Source: Candidatus Thorarchaeota archaeon
Lineage (GTDB): Archaea; Asgardarchaeota; Heimdallarchaeia; Hodarchaeales; Hodarchaeaceae
Direction of reading: 5' to 3'
DNA length: 32,000 bases
Assembly (NCBI GenBank): GCA_048882505.1
Contig: JBHLRO010000018.1
Location: 30,001-62,000, forward strand
This document shows, piece by piece, positions 16,429-26,044 of this stretch. Position 1 is the first letter of the stretch. The number at the start of each line of letters is the position of its first letter. The notes below the pieces were generated by a model. That model was not told the DNA's origin and did not search any database. It worked only from the letters and a program-made list of their open reading frames with translations. The translations under genes were made by a program, and so were the position numbers.

Positions 16429-16623
16429 GTGGTAAATTATAGGGCCTGCAAAAAATGTAAAAGCATTGTGCATGGGGAGGAGGTTTGCCCAATCTGCAGA
16501 ACTCACAATCACCTATCGAAGAACTTTAGCGGTATGGTAATAATTCGAAATGCGAAAGAAAGTAAGATCGCTCGTAAATTGAATGTTTCTCGACCGGGCA
16601 TATATGCTATTAAAGTACGGTAG
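16429..16623 (+). CDS. spt4: Transcription elongation factor Spt4 (RpoE'')
   Basis: 'RACKKC...CPIC...FSGMVII...SKIARKLNV..PG.YAIKVR', directly after rpoE1. Confidence 0.96.
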   Translation: MVNYRACKKCKSIVHGEEVCPICRTHNHLSKNFSGMVIIRNAKESKIARKLNVSRPGIYAIKVR

Positions 16624-16641
16624 GAATTCCCTCCGTGGAAG

Positions 16642-17217
16642 ATGGGAACTTTTTTGACAGGCGGCTATAAGCTTCCCAAGTCTTTACGAGAGTCATTACG
16701 TAGCCCAATTGGCCAAATATTTACTGGAGAACCTGGTAAAGTAGCAATAGAAACTGTAAGATTTATCAGCTCTCGTTCTCCACCCCTGGTAATTTCTGTG
16801 GGCGATTTTTGTACGGCCAGTCTATTCAATGTGAATTTCTTCCCCAATATCGTTATTTATGATGGCCAAACCCTAAGATCAGATACGGTAACACTGGACC
16901 TCGCTTTGTACAAGGAATTGGTCTTACAAAATCCTCCTGAATGGATACTTGACGACGCTATCGATATAATCAAAAACGCAATAAGTTTTTCATCCAGGTC
17001 GAAAATTCGTGTTTGTGTCCGGGTTTCCGGTGAGGAGGATCTTCTCACAATCCCGTGTATCCTCTGGTCACCTCTCGGAAGTATGGTTCTATACGGCCAA
17101 CCCCCTATCGAAAATAGGGAAACCGGAATCGTAGTAGTCACGATTACGCAATCATTGAAAAACAGAATAACTGTATTACTTGACCAATTCGAGTACTATA
17201 ATGAATACCGTGGGTAG
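16642..17217 (+). CDS. GTP-dependent dephospho-CoA kinase (DUF359)
   Basis: 'LRESLRSPIG', 'ISVGD', 'NPP', 'V.GEEDLL' and 'VLYGQP', at the canonical position between spt4 and rps24e. Confidence 0.92.
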   Translation: MGTFLTGGYKLPKSLRESLRSPIGQIFTGEPGKVAIETVRFISSRSPPLVISVGDFCTASLFNVNFFPNIVIYDGQTLRSDTVTLDLALYKELVLQNPPEWILDDAIDIIKNAISFSSRSKIRVCVRVSGEEDLLTIPCILWSPLGSMVLYGQPPIENRETGIVVVTITQSLKNRITVLLDQFEYYNEYRG

Positions 17218-17220
17218 ATC

Positions 17221-17520
17221 ATGGAAATACAAATTCAAGAAGAGAGATATAACCCCTTAGTAGAACGTAAAGAGGTTTCAGTAATTATCACGCATCTCGG
17301 GGAGATGACTCCAACACGCGAAGCCGTTCGAGCTAAAGTCGCCGCTCAATTAAACATAGACTTAGAACGGGTCGTGATCCAAAGTATGCAAGGTCACTTT
17401 GGGAAACCTATCTCGAGCGTCGTTGTTCATTGCTACGATAAAGCCCAGAATGCAATGGAGTTCGAAGCGCGCTATCGATTGGTTCGGAATAAAATAGTGG
17501 AACCGAAGCCTAAAGGTTGA
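17221..17520 (+). CDS. rps24e: 30S ribosomal protein eS24
   Basis: 'NPLVERKEV', 'TPTREAVR' and 'FG...VHCY'. Confidence 0.95.
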   Translation: MEIQIQEERYNPLVERKEVSVIITHLGEMTPTREAVRAKVAAQLNIDLERVVIQSMQGHFGKPISSVVVHCYDKAQNAMEFEARYRLVRNKIVEPKPKG

Positions 17521-17526
17521 AAGATC

Positions 17527-17691
17527 ATGCCTAATCGTAGGAAACAAGCACACGAATTTTATGATCTCGATTACAAAAAAAAGACGAAGCTTGCCAGATC
17601 TAGGAAGTTCTGCCCCCGTTGTAAAGGCTCTTTTTTAGCGGAACATAAGGATAGACGTTCTTGTGGGCACTGCGGATATACAGAATATTAG
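17527..17691 (+). CDS. rps27ae: 30S ribosomal protein eS31 (S27ae), not ubiquitin-fused; missed by ORF track
   Basis: Hand translation: [54 protein letters not shown] (54 aa), with a CPRC...CGHCGYTE zinc finger. Confidence 0.96.
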   Translation: MPNRRKQAHEFYDLDYKKKTKLARSRKFCPRCKGSFLAEHKDRRSCGHCGYTEY

Positions 17692-17710
17692 TGCGAGTTT
17701 TGTATAACCG

Positions 17711-18703
17711 ATGGAGATCAGTGATCCAATTATACTGGGATTTGAGGGAACAGCCCACACTGCTGGGATTGCGGTTGTCCGTGGTCACGAAATTATTGTA
17801 AATAAGGCGAAAACATACCTCCCTGAAAGGGGAGGAATTCATCCCCGAGAAGCAGCTCAATTCCTGTCAGGGGCGTTTCCTCCGCTTTTGGAGGCTGTCA
17901 TTAAGGAACTTCCGTTTTCGATAAAAAAGATCGATGCAATTGCGTTTTCACAAGGCCCAGGGCTTGGTCCTTGTCTTCGAGTTACTGCAACTCTAGCTAG
18001 AACTATGGCATCGTACCTCAAACGGCCGCTAATCGGAGTCAATCACTGTATTGCTCATATCGAATTGGGACGAGTCGTTGCCCCTATTCACGATCCATTG
18101 GTGTTGTACGTGAGTGGGGGGAATACTCAACTCATTGCTTTTCTTAATAAACGATATCGTGTATTGGGAGAAACCCTAGATATAGCTATAGGCAATGCTT
18201 TAGATACACTTGGAAGAGAATTGGGTCTACGCCATCCAGGGGGCCCTCAAATTGAAAAGCTTGCCAAAAACGGAAATACCCTCCTACCCCTTCCTTACAC
18301 GGTAAAAGGGATGTCATTTGCTTTCTCAGGTGTAGTAACGGCAGCGAAAAAATTGATCCCCCAAAATACGATAGCGGACATTTGTTACTCTTTTCAAGAA
18401 TATACATTTTCAACGCTAGCGGAAGCAACAGAGAGAGCCCTGGCCTGCACAAAGAAACCAACTTTGCTATTAACGGGAGGAGTGGCCGCCAATCTTCGTC
18501 TTCAAGAAATGATGGAAAAAGTGGGTGTTGAACAGGGGGTCGAATACTTCGTGGTACCTCGACATCTTGCAGGAGACAACGGGACAATGATTGCCTTGAC
18601 AGGTGCACTCTTGTTCAAGTATCAGGACTTTCTTACGATTGAAGACTCTTTTGTTAGGCCCCGTTGGCGGACAGATCAGGTAAAAGTGAGTTGGGTAGCA
18701 TGA
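17711..18703 (+). CDS. kae1: KEOPS complex t6A tRNA threonylcarbamoyltransferase Kae1
   Basis: 'LGFEGTAHT', 'GGIHPREAA', 'GPGLGPCL', 'HCIAHIE', 'YVSGGNTQ' and 'GDNG.MIA'. Confidence 0.97.
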   Translation: MEISDPIILGFEGTAHTAGIAVVRGHEIIVNKAKTYLPERGGIHPREAAQFLSGAFPPLLEAVIKELPFSIKKIDAIAFSQGPGLGPCLRVTATLARTMASYLKRPLIGVNHCIAHIELGRVVAPIHDPLVLYVSGGNTQLIAFLNKRYRVLGETLDIAIGNALDTLGRELGLRHPGGPQIEKLAKNGNTLLPLPYTVKGMSFAFSGVVTAAKKLIPQNTIADICYSFQEYTFSTLAEATERALACTKKPTLLLTGGVAANLRLQEMMEKVGVEQGVEYFVVPRHLAGDNGTMIALTGALLFKYQDFLTIEDSFVRPRWRTDQVKVSWVA

Positions 18704-19344
18704 AATTAGTACAAGAAGGACTGATTGCCAAGGGAGCTGAGGCGATGATTTATAAGGGCAAATTTCTGGATTTACCTGTTATTATCAAACGACGTCCCCC
18801 TAAGAAGTACCGACTTCCCCAGATTGATCAAATCATTCGGTTACAGAGGCTACGGGCCGAAGCACGTATAATGACATTGGCCTGGCAATTGGGGATACGA
18901 GTTCCAGCACTGCTGGGCATTGATACAGAAAAACGAACTCTAATTATAGAAGAGATACAAGGGATTACTCTATATGAGCTCGTGGTGACCCTTCCTGAAA
19001 CCCATCTAATTCCTATTTTTCACGAGCTAGGCAGACAGATAGGGCTCCTCCACAGAAATGATATCGTCCACGGGGATCTGACAGTATTTAATGTCATCGT
19101 TGTTGAGAATATTCCATGGTTGATAGATTTTGGGCTAGCACAAATGACTATTGAGCAGGAAAAGCACGCAGACGACTTATTATTGTTTCAAAACACTCTA
19201 AAAGCCGTCTCTGCACGCTACAAAGACCTATTCGCGGGTTTTCAATCCATTTATGTGGAAACAAATGAAAATGGCCCTAAGGTATTTGAGCAGGTTAAGA
19301 AGATCGCATCACGAGCCCGTTACATACCCAAAAATGAAAGGTGA
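18700..19344 (+). CDS. bud32: KEOPS complex kinase Bud32
   Basis: 'GAEA', 'IVHGDLT.FN' and 'LIDFGL'. ATG 18700 overlaps the kae1 TGA (ATGA). Confidence 0.95.
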   Translation: MKLVQEGLIAKGAEAMIYKGKFLDLPVIIKRRPPKKYRLPQIDQIIRLQRLRAEARIMTLAWQLGIRVPALLGIDTEKRTLIIEEIQGITLYELVVTLPETHLIPIFHELGRQIGLLHRNDIVHGDLTVFNVIVVENIPWLIDFGLAQMTIEQEKHADDLLLFQNTLKAVSARYKDLFAGFQSIYVETNENGPKVFEQVKKIASRARYIPKNER

Positions 19345-19362
19345 AGTTGAGATGAAGATCCG

Positions 19363-20118
19363 ATGAAATTTAAGATCTTTAACGAAAGTCCCGAAATCCT
19401 CGACCAATGTCGAATCTTCGTCGCAGGATGGCATGGGCTTGGTGAAACGGGCTATATTACAGTTACTCATCTGGTACAGGAACTCAATCTGACCCGATGT
19501 GCAACTATCCTTTCGAGCGGGGCTCCACCCTTTATTTCTGTTCAGGATAACCGTCTCCGATTACCTTTTGAAATTTATGCTGGTCAAAATCACGATCTTG
19601 CGATCTTTGTTCCACATTTACAGCCTTACCGACACGTTCAAATCGAGTTCTCAGAAAAACTTTCGGAATGGATATTAAATCACCCGAACCTCGAAGTTGC
19701 GTATTTTTTGGGAGGAGTGGACGAAGTATTAAAGGCAGGGGACAATCCCCTTCAGTATATCCCAAGTCGTGCCTTCTATACCTATCAAAACGTACCAGAT
19801 GGGTTTATCAATGAAGTTCGGGAGAATCTCCTAGACCCTGGCCTCTTTGTTGCTGGACCTCTGGCTGTAACCCTGGGGTATCTTGATATTAACATGTTTC
19901 CTGCAGTGGGGATTTTAGCCTACGCCGCACGGGACCGACCGGATCCTCTTGCTGCTGTTTCTGCGGTTAACAAGTTAAATACTCTTCTGAAGGTTGACGT
20001 AAGCACAGAAATGTTGATAGAAAATGCGCAAAAGATCCAAGAGCAAATAAAGCGCCAATTGGCTCCGATTGAAGAAACCGACCGAGACAAGGATTTGTCC
20101 CGACGTATGTATACCTGA
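19363..20118 (+). CDS. PAC2-family proteasome assembly chaperone
   Basis: 'GWHGLGETGYIT..HLVQEL', 'LGG' and 'PDPLAA..AV..LN..L...V....L...A..I'. Confidence 0.88.
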   Translation: MKFKIFNESPEILDQCRIFVAGWHGLGETGYITVTHLVQELNLTRCATILSSGAPPFISVQDNRLRLPFEIYAGQNHDLAIFVPHLQPYRHVQIEFSEKLSEWILNHPNLEVAYFLGGVDEVLKAGDNPLQYIPSRAFYTYQNVPDGFINEVRENLLDPGLFVAGPLAVTLGYLDINMFPAVGILAYAARDRPDPLAAVSAVNKLNTLLKVDVSTEMLIENAQKIQEQIKRQLAPIEETDRDKDLSRRMYT

Positions 20119-20159
20119 TTGAATTGAGTCCTACTCTCTTATATTTTATCTGGGGTAAG

Positions 20160-20942
20160 TTACCGGCCATACCGTCTGTGTCGTGACTGATAGGTTCGAA
20201 TAGCACGCCATAGATCGATTTTACGAAAACCGGGGAAAAATACATCGGCAAAATATAGTTCGCTATACGCAGATTGCCAAGTTAGAAAACCGGATAGTCG
20301 TTCTTCTCCTGAGGTACGGATAATAAGGTCTGGATCTGGAATGCCGTTTGTATAAAGGTGTCGAGTAACTACGATTTCGTTGATATCCTCTACTGCCATT
20401 TCTTTGGTCGCGACTTTTCGTGCTATTGATCTAATTGCGTCGATCATCTCAGCTCGGCCGCCATAGCCAATAGCTATAATTAATATAGGGCCATCATTGC
20501 TCGCAGTAGCCTCCTCGGCCTCCTTGATGGCGACTTGGACTTTAGAAGGGAGTAGATGTGTTCTGCCTATAGTTTTGATTTTTACATTGCGTTTTTTGAT
20601 TTCTGGATGAGCTACAATCTCCCGAAATGCCTTTTCAGCTAGTTTCATTAGCTCCTTCACTTCACGATCCGGACGTTCGAAATTTTCTGTAGAAAAGGCG
20701 TATAATGTCACGTACTTAATCTTTAGATCCCAAAACCAGTTAAGAACTTCTTTTAGTTTTTCCTGTCCAAACCTGTGACCTAGAAAACTTGGTAGATTTC
20801 TTTCTCGGGCAAATCGCCTATTGCCATCCAGGATCATGGCAACATGCTCGGGATGAACCCCCTGAGTGATCCCATCCTTGATTTGTGACCAGAGGCGTCT
20901 TTCATACAGCCGATAGAGGACTGAATCAAGCCTGAATTTCAA
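20160..20942 (-). CDS. uppS: cis-prenyltransferase (polyprenyl/undecaprenyl diphosphate synthase)
   Basis: 'HVAMILDGNRRFA', 'YAFSTENFER', 'PDPDLIIRTSGEERLSGFL.WQSAYSEL' and C-terminal RxG 'RRYGR'. Confidence 0.97.
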   Translation of the reverse strand: MKFRLDSVLYRLYERRLWSQIKDGITQGVHPEHVAMILDGNRRFARERNLPSFLGHRFGQEKLKEVLNWFWDLKIKYVTLYAFSTENFERPDREVKELMKLAEKAFREIVAHPEIKKRNVKIKTIGRTHLLPSKVQVAIKEAEEATASNDGPILIIAIGYGGRAEMIDAIRSIARKVATKEMAVEDINEIVVTRHLYTNGIPDPDLIIRTSGEERLSGFLTWQSAYSELYFADVFFPGFRKIDLWRAIRTYQSRHRRYGR

Positions 20943-21180
20943 ATCAAAACCCTCGTTGTCCTAAAATCTCTGAAGCTTTTTACGGAGGCAAAAGGTAATA
21001 AGGACATCTGAATGGTTATTCCGCAAAACCTTTACACCTACTCTACTGGACGCTAATGATAATGCGATTTTCAACGATTCCGACCGTAGAAGTGGCAGAA
21101 CTGCCTTTCTTCTTCTTTTTTTTCCTATCAATAATGATTCTTGCATCATTATTTCGGTATTTCAACGCGAAGAATTCTGC

Positions 21181-22023
21181 TTAGGCAAAATTTCCAGTCA
21201 ACTGGGCGTCTAATTTGGTGAATGTGATGAATATGGCTTCTTCTAGCCGTAAAGATCGTGTTCCGTAGTTCGAAATGATGGAAAGACAGAGGTTAAAGAC
21301 ATCCTGAACTTTTTTCCCTTCACTTTTGAGCATATTGGGAATCCCGTTATAAGGGCCTCCAAATGCTATCAGAAATCCCTGCGAGGATTTTTCCTTGAAT
21401 GTGGCTGCTGATAGAGGCTGGCAGCTCCTTGATGTAGCTATAAGAATCTCTTTTCGATTCAATAGGGCCCTACTTAGAAGCGCCTCTGAAAGATTTACTG
21501 AATAACCCCAATAGAGGTTCCGAGGAGGATCAGTTATATTGGCCTGCCATTTCTCTTTGATTTCTTCAATCTTGACTGTGTATCGCACAGTTCGGTCCGT
21601 TAATGAATGTCGGGGAGGATTTGAAACCTCAAGAAGGTGAGGACCGCCGACATCAGCCACAACCCTTCCTTGATGCAGAAAAACCGCGGCCTCTCGTATT
21701 TCTCCTCTTTTTAGTGCACGAGAACGACCATGGTGTGGAGTAGCTAACGGAGGGAGGATTCCAACTGCCGCCGTTTCTCGATAAAGGGGAAATAACCGTT
21801 TTCTCAGGTATTGAGGACACTCGATGTAACGAAGAATACGGGAAATTATTTTTCGTTCATGTTTGGCCCTAGACGGCTTGAGAAAGGGATCATGGTAAAT
21901 TAAAATCTCAGATGCTCGGAAGATCGCCACTGCTCGTGCGATTTGATAAAGTTTCTCTGTTTTAATTCTCAGATCCGAGGTGTCAGATACCGCTGAGTCG
22001 GGAATTGCGCAGACTAAATGCAT
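21181..22023 (-). CDS. SPOUT-class RNA methyltransferase (DUF171/SPOUT1-like)
   Basis: 'AIPDSAVSD', 'IARAVAIFR..EI.IY', 'ECPQYLRK.LFP', 'YWGY', 'FGGP..G' and 'LRLEEAI'. Confidence 0.88.
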   Translation of the reverse strand: MHLVCAIPDSAVSDTSDLRIKTEKLYQIARAVAIFRASEILIYHDPFLKPSRAKHERKIISRILRYIECPQYLRKRLFPLYRETAAVGILPPLATPHHGRSRALKRGEIREAAVFLHQGRVVADVGGPHLLEVSNPPRHSLTDRTVRYTVKIEEIKEKWQANITDPPRNLYWGYSVNLSEALLSRALLNRKEILIATSRSCQPLSAATFKEKSSQGFLIAFGGPYNGIPNMLKSEGKKVQDVFNLCLSIISNYGTRSLRLEEAIFITFTKLDAQLTGNFA

Positions 22024-22073
22024 GGTCTCTCTTCACCCGTTTCAACGTTTTAGGAGAAGATTAAATCAGGGAA

Positions 22074-22952
22074 TTATGGAGGATTGGCATTGTAGAAGTC
22101 TATATACGCACGAATCACATCTTTCTGGTTGATGATCCCCGTAACTTCTCCATCTACATCCACAACAGGCAATTGGTCAATTTTTTTTGTGACCATCTTT
22201 CTGCATACTTCAGAGATTGTACTGTCTTGGTAGCAAATCTCGATGTTTCGTTCCATGATCTCGCGTACCTTGAGATCGCGAGGTAAGGTCAGGATTTTAG
22301 CTCCAATTATCAGAACGGACTCTGAATCCCACGAGGAGCTATCATTTTCAGCTCCATGCCCAGTCAAACTCTTACTTTGAGTATCGAGGATTTGGACAAC
22401 TTTCAAAAAATCATTTTGACTTATTATCCCCACCATTTCGGATTCATTGATCACAGGGATTCCTTTTTGATGAGACAGGCGCATCACACGAGCTGCTACG
22501 GTAATAGGTGTTTCTTCCCAGATAGTCGTAACATTCTTATTAAAATAGTCCTTTACGTCGGCCTCAAGTTTGGAAGGGTTGATTACCATCCTTACAATAT
22601 CCGTACGGGAGATGAGACCCCGGAGTTGGCCGTTTTCATCTGTGATAGGAATTCTTTGGAAAATCTCTCGTGCAAAAATTTTTGCGGCTTTGATTATGGT
22701 GTCAGAAGGCCGCAGCGTTATCACATCACGTTTCATGAGCAAAGATAATTGAGTTTCACTCGGATTTCTGAATAGATCCGATCGTGAAACGACTCCCACC
22801 AGCGTATCTGAATTTTCTTTCAAAACTGGATATACACTCAGACCAGTCTTCTGGATAGTCTCCAGTAAAATGTCCCTATTCCCTGGTATATTCAGACAAA
22901 CGAGTTTCTCCCGTTTTGTCATAATCTTGGAAATAGGTATATCCGTTACCAT
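22074..22952 (-). CDS. CBS-domain protein (two CBS pairs)
   Basis: Four CBS repeats ('LVGVVSRSDL', 'LRGLISRTDI', 'MVGIISQNDF', 'VTGIINQKDV') and 'WEETPI'. Confidence 0.9.
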   Translation of the reverse strand: MVTDIPISKIMTKREKLVCLNIPGNRDILLETIQKTGLSVYPVLKENSDTLVGVVSRSDLFRNPSETQLSLLMKRDVITLRPSDTIIKAAKIFAREIFQRIPITDENGQLRGLISRTDIVRMVINPSKLEADVKDYFNKNVTTIWEETPITVAARVMRLSHQKGIPVINESEMVGIISQNDFLKVVQILDTQSKSLTGHGAENDSSSWDSESVLIIGAKILTLPRDLKVREIMERNIEICYQDSTISEVCRKMVTKKIDQLPVVDVDGEVTGIINQKDVIRAYIDFYNANPP

Positions 22953-23040
22953 TTGTTCCCGCCAATGTATTTATTAGTGTTGAAGTTTCGTAAACAGAAT
23001 AATTGAAGTTTGCTTTAATTAAATGAGAGAAGATCAAAAA

Positions 23041-23226
23041 TTATCCTGTTCCAAGGATGTTTAACAAGAGAATGAAAGCAACGAACACAGCAGCAATCAC
23101 AGCAGTCCACATGGGTCCCAACTTTAAGCCCGGTGAATCACTTTCCGAATAGAATCTTATCAGGCCTGCTCCCGTAGCTGGCATGGGAGAATCGTCCTTT
23201 CGTCTACTTTTTCGCAGTGTACTCAA
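23041..23226 (-). CDS. secG: Protein translocase subunit Sec61beta/SecG
   Basis: 'GAGLIRFYSE..SPGLKLGP' plus a single C-terminal TM helix. Confidence 0.93.
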   Translation of the reverse strand: MSTLRKSRRKDDSPMPATGAGLIRFYSESDSPGLKLGPMWTAVIAAVFVAFILLLNILGTG

Positions 23227-23405
23227 TTATAGGGTCACCATTGATCTTTCTATTCGATCTGCCATAACATTTTATGATCCTTATTATCTTGGTGCTTCTG
23301 CAACTTAAGATCTTTTTTGTTCGTACTGATCCGTTTGCTTAGTATACAAACCCCCATCCCTGACCCATAGGGCTGTAATTTTTTGAAAAAAATTAGCAAA
23401 CGCCC

Positions 23406-24164
23406 TTATCGATTACCTAGGACCCAAGAATAAAGCGAACTTATTCGGTACCAGAAATAATCCAGCCAATCAGCAAACTGGTCTATTATGGGTACGGGAC
23501 CCCACTTTTCAATCAAGAAGGCGAAAAAAATCGTTCCGAAGAATCCAATAACCTTCGAAGAGACATCATGAGCCCAGTAAAATGCTGTTTCGGCGTCCAT
23601 CCCAATCTGAGTGACCAAAAAATGAACCGACCATAAATGAAACGCGATTCTTAAAGCATTACCAATAAACAAAGCTATGAGGAAGGCAATACTAGCACGA
23701 AGGCGAGCTAACCAGGGGGCCTCCGTTACAATAATGAGGGCAATCAGCAATCCGCCAGCCTGCATCCCAGTACAGGCTTTAACTATCCAATAGTCTCCAT
23801 TTGTAGAAGGAATGTAAATTCCTGGGGTTTTGGTGGTAGCCTCCAAAAAAGGGAATAACCCTCCCCTCAGAAACTCTGGTATGATTCGTGTTGGATTTCC
23901 GTTCGGAATCAAGCTATTTTCGATTCCGGCAAAATTTAATAGCATATGGATAATGTCTCTGGTGGGAATTTCCAGGAAAACCCAATCTGGTACGGTATAT
24001 AAAAGAACAGTAATCGTGGCTGCAATTAGGAGTGTAGAGAGCATGAGTTTATCATCGTGAAATCGTTTTTTCTGGGTAACTGTTACTGGCTTTACCACTA
24101 CGTCATCAGTGGTTTTTTCTTGGGTCACGGGAGGTGTCACAACACCATGAACCTTTGTTGTCAT
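23406..24164 (-). CDS. Archaeosortase/exosortase family transpeptidase
   Basis: Catalytic Cys in 'IVKACTG', Arg in 'GNALRI', His in 'HD', and multiple TM helices. Confidence 0.85.
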   Translation of the reverse strand: MTTKVHGVVTPPVTQEKTTDDVVVKPVTVTQKKRFHDDKLMLSTLLIAATITVLLYTVPDWVFLEIPTRDIIHMLLNFAGIENSLIPNGNPTRIIPEFLRGGLFPFLEATTKTPGIYIPSTNGDYWIVKACTGMQAGGLLIALIIVTEAPWLARLRASIAFLIALFIGNALRIAFHLWSVHFLVTQIGMDAETAFYWAHDVSSKVIGFFGTIFFAFLIEKWGPVPIIDQFADWLDYFWYRISSLYSWVLGNR

Positions 24165-24286
24165 TTTACTCTCTCTTTATAATTAAATTGGATATTTTAG
24201 CATGTTTCTGGGTATATTTATCCAAAGGCCTTCATAAATTTATTGTTTTACCTTTCGAACGGCTGTGTTTTCCTGGTAACTTGACA

Positions 24287-25912
24287 TCATGATCTGTCAA
24301 CCTGAAACGCTGAGGGATTGAGCAGCTGATACCATCCGAATTTTACTTGGGCGACTCCCTTATCTACAAGAGAACGTAAAGCTTGTTTAATTTGATCTTT
24401 CGGTAATTTAACCTCTGGAGAAAGCAAATTGGTTTGCGCTTTATAATTAGGCCTTTGTAATAGGGCCTGAATTACTTGTTGTTCTTCAGGTGTAAGTTTC
24501 AAGCCAGATGGGGTCTCAAATTGTTGTTGAGGGACATTTTGCTCCGTAAACTGGCCACTACGCCTGTGTTCTAATATATTCTTATCTTTTAAAATGTACC
24601 AACCGTAGGATACCCGTAATATACCTTTATCTACTAAGTTACGCAAAACCTCTTTTAAAACGCTTTGTTTTAATCCTGTCGGGCGTGTTAATAGATTAGA
24701 TTGTGCTTTAAGATTTGGCCGGGATTTGATCGCTTTTATGGTGGAGATTTCTTCTTGGGTAAGTCCCTCACCAACCCGTGATATTCTCGGTGATTTCTTC
24801 GTTTTCTTCCGTTTAGCATCAGAATCTGCAAAGGTCTTCTTAAAAAACGGAAGATGACTCTTTTTTATAATAAACCATCCTACTTGTGTTCTCAGAAGAC
24901 CCTTTGTGATTAATGATCGTAAATGCATTTCGGCTTCCGAGACTGGCATACCCATGTCCGATGCCAGAATCTCTGGTTTAGTTCTATGTTTTATTCTGTG
25001 ATAGGTTCGTTCCAGGATTTCCATTTCAAGTTCTGATGGTAAATCCTCCTCCCAATTATCTCGCCGGAAGAGAGAGGTAGTTTGCTTAAGATATGGTGCT
25101 ATATCATCAGAATATTCTCTGTTAGGGAGTGATGGATGAAAAAGGTCCAAACTGTCTTCTTTTTCAATATCAGCCAATTCAGTCTCCTCTATGCCTTGAT
25201 CCTCATTTTTTTCATCCATTTCTTTGTCCAAGTCTGTATCGTATTCGGGAGTATCTAATGAGTGGGCTTCAATATGAGGGATCTCCACGGCAATAGTCAT
25301 TGAAGATTCGGAGGAAGATTGACTGGATTGACTGGATTGAATGGAGGACCTTGAGGTTTTGGTCTGAACTTTAGGAGAGACTTTAGAAGGTATGGGAGGA
25401 GAAACAGGTTCTGGTTCAAAATTTGACGCGGGAGAGGGTTTAGATGAAGATATAGCGGCAGGTGGGCTTCTGGAGATGAGAGGCGCTTCTGCTCGACCGA
25501 AAACGAGCGTCTTTTGAATACCAGTGGTGTTATAATTCTGGGTGTTAATGAGATCTAGGATTTCTTCGTTAAGTTTTTCAAAAGGAGGTCCAATTCCTGT
25601 AAGTTCAACGGTGAACGTTTCACCTGCGTCAGAAGTCAAAAAGTATTTTGTTTTTGTGTCTATCAGAACGTTAGCATGGCCAGCAAAGAACTCTCGTATC
25701 TCTCTATTCATAACTGCGGATTCATTTCCTGTGATTTCAAGTGTGTAATATTGTTCTGCCCCTGATTGTTCAATGTAGAAAATAAGAGATGGCAAATCAG
25801 GAATGCGAGGAATTGCTTGGACCGTATTTTCAACAAATTCAATTGAACGAAATCGACCCCGGGCTTTTAAAAAGTTAATAAAATCGTTTAATACGGCATT
25901 TTGCCTATACAC
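24287..25912 (-). CDS. Hypothetical protein with three C-terminal winged-helix repeats
   Basis: Three ~60-aa repeats 'L..EE...I.......(K/R)......L.....L....L.....L..L..KG......GW' preceded by a Ser/Pro-rich and acidic linker. GTG start. Confidence 0.8.
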   Translation of the reverse strand: MYRQNAVLNDFINFLKARGRFRSIEFVENTVQAIPRIPDLPSLIFYIEQSGAEQYYTLEITGNESAVMNREIREFFAGHANVLIDTKTKYFLTSDAGETFTVELTGIGPPFEKLNEEILDLINTQNYNTTGIQKTLVFGRAEAPLISRSPPAAISSSKPSPASNFEPEPVSPPIPSKVSPKVQTKTSRSSIQSSQSSQSSSESSMTIAVEIPHIEAHSLDTPEYDTDLDKEMDEKNEDQGIEETELADIEKEDSLDLFHPSLPNREYSDDIAPYLKQTTSLFRRDNWEEDLPSELEMEILERTYHRIKHRTKPEILASDMGMPVSEAEMHLRSLITKGLLRTQVGWFIIKKSHLPFFKKTFADSDAKRKKTKKSPRISRVGEGLTQEEISTIKAIKSRPNLKAQSNLLTRPTGLKQSVLKEVLRNLVDKGILRVSYGWYILKDKNILEHRRSGQFTEQNVPQQQFETPSGLKLTPEEQQVIQALLQRPNYKAQTNLLSPEVKLPKDQIKQALRSLVDKGVAQVKFGWYQLLNPSAFQVDRS

Positions 25913-26044
25913 CGTAAACCATATCCCTAAAAATGCAGAATAAAGGAGAAATATCTCAATATGAAGGATATAACCCGCGTAGATGCTTCCTTTAAGCCAG
26001 TTGAAAAATTTTTTGCATACAAAATTTGTTTATGGCATTTTCAC

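Noticed and set aside
20961-21149. 62-aa minus-strand ORF, and an alternative ~39-aa Lys-rich ORF, between the SPOUT gene and uppS
   Set aside because: No motif or clear SD, and two competing frames; it cannot be supported, although a small gene is not excluded.
23334-23403. CGTTTGCT/AGCAAACG repeat and T/A-rich hairpin downstream of the archaeosortase as an ncRNA
   Set aside because: Better explained as an oligo-T terminator region; no known RNA family features.
25321-25340. GACTGGATT tandem repeat
   Set aside because: It simply encodes the SSQSSQSS low-complexity linker of the WH-repeat protein.
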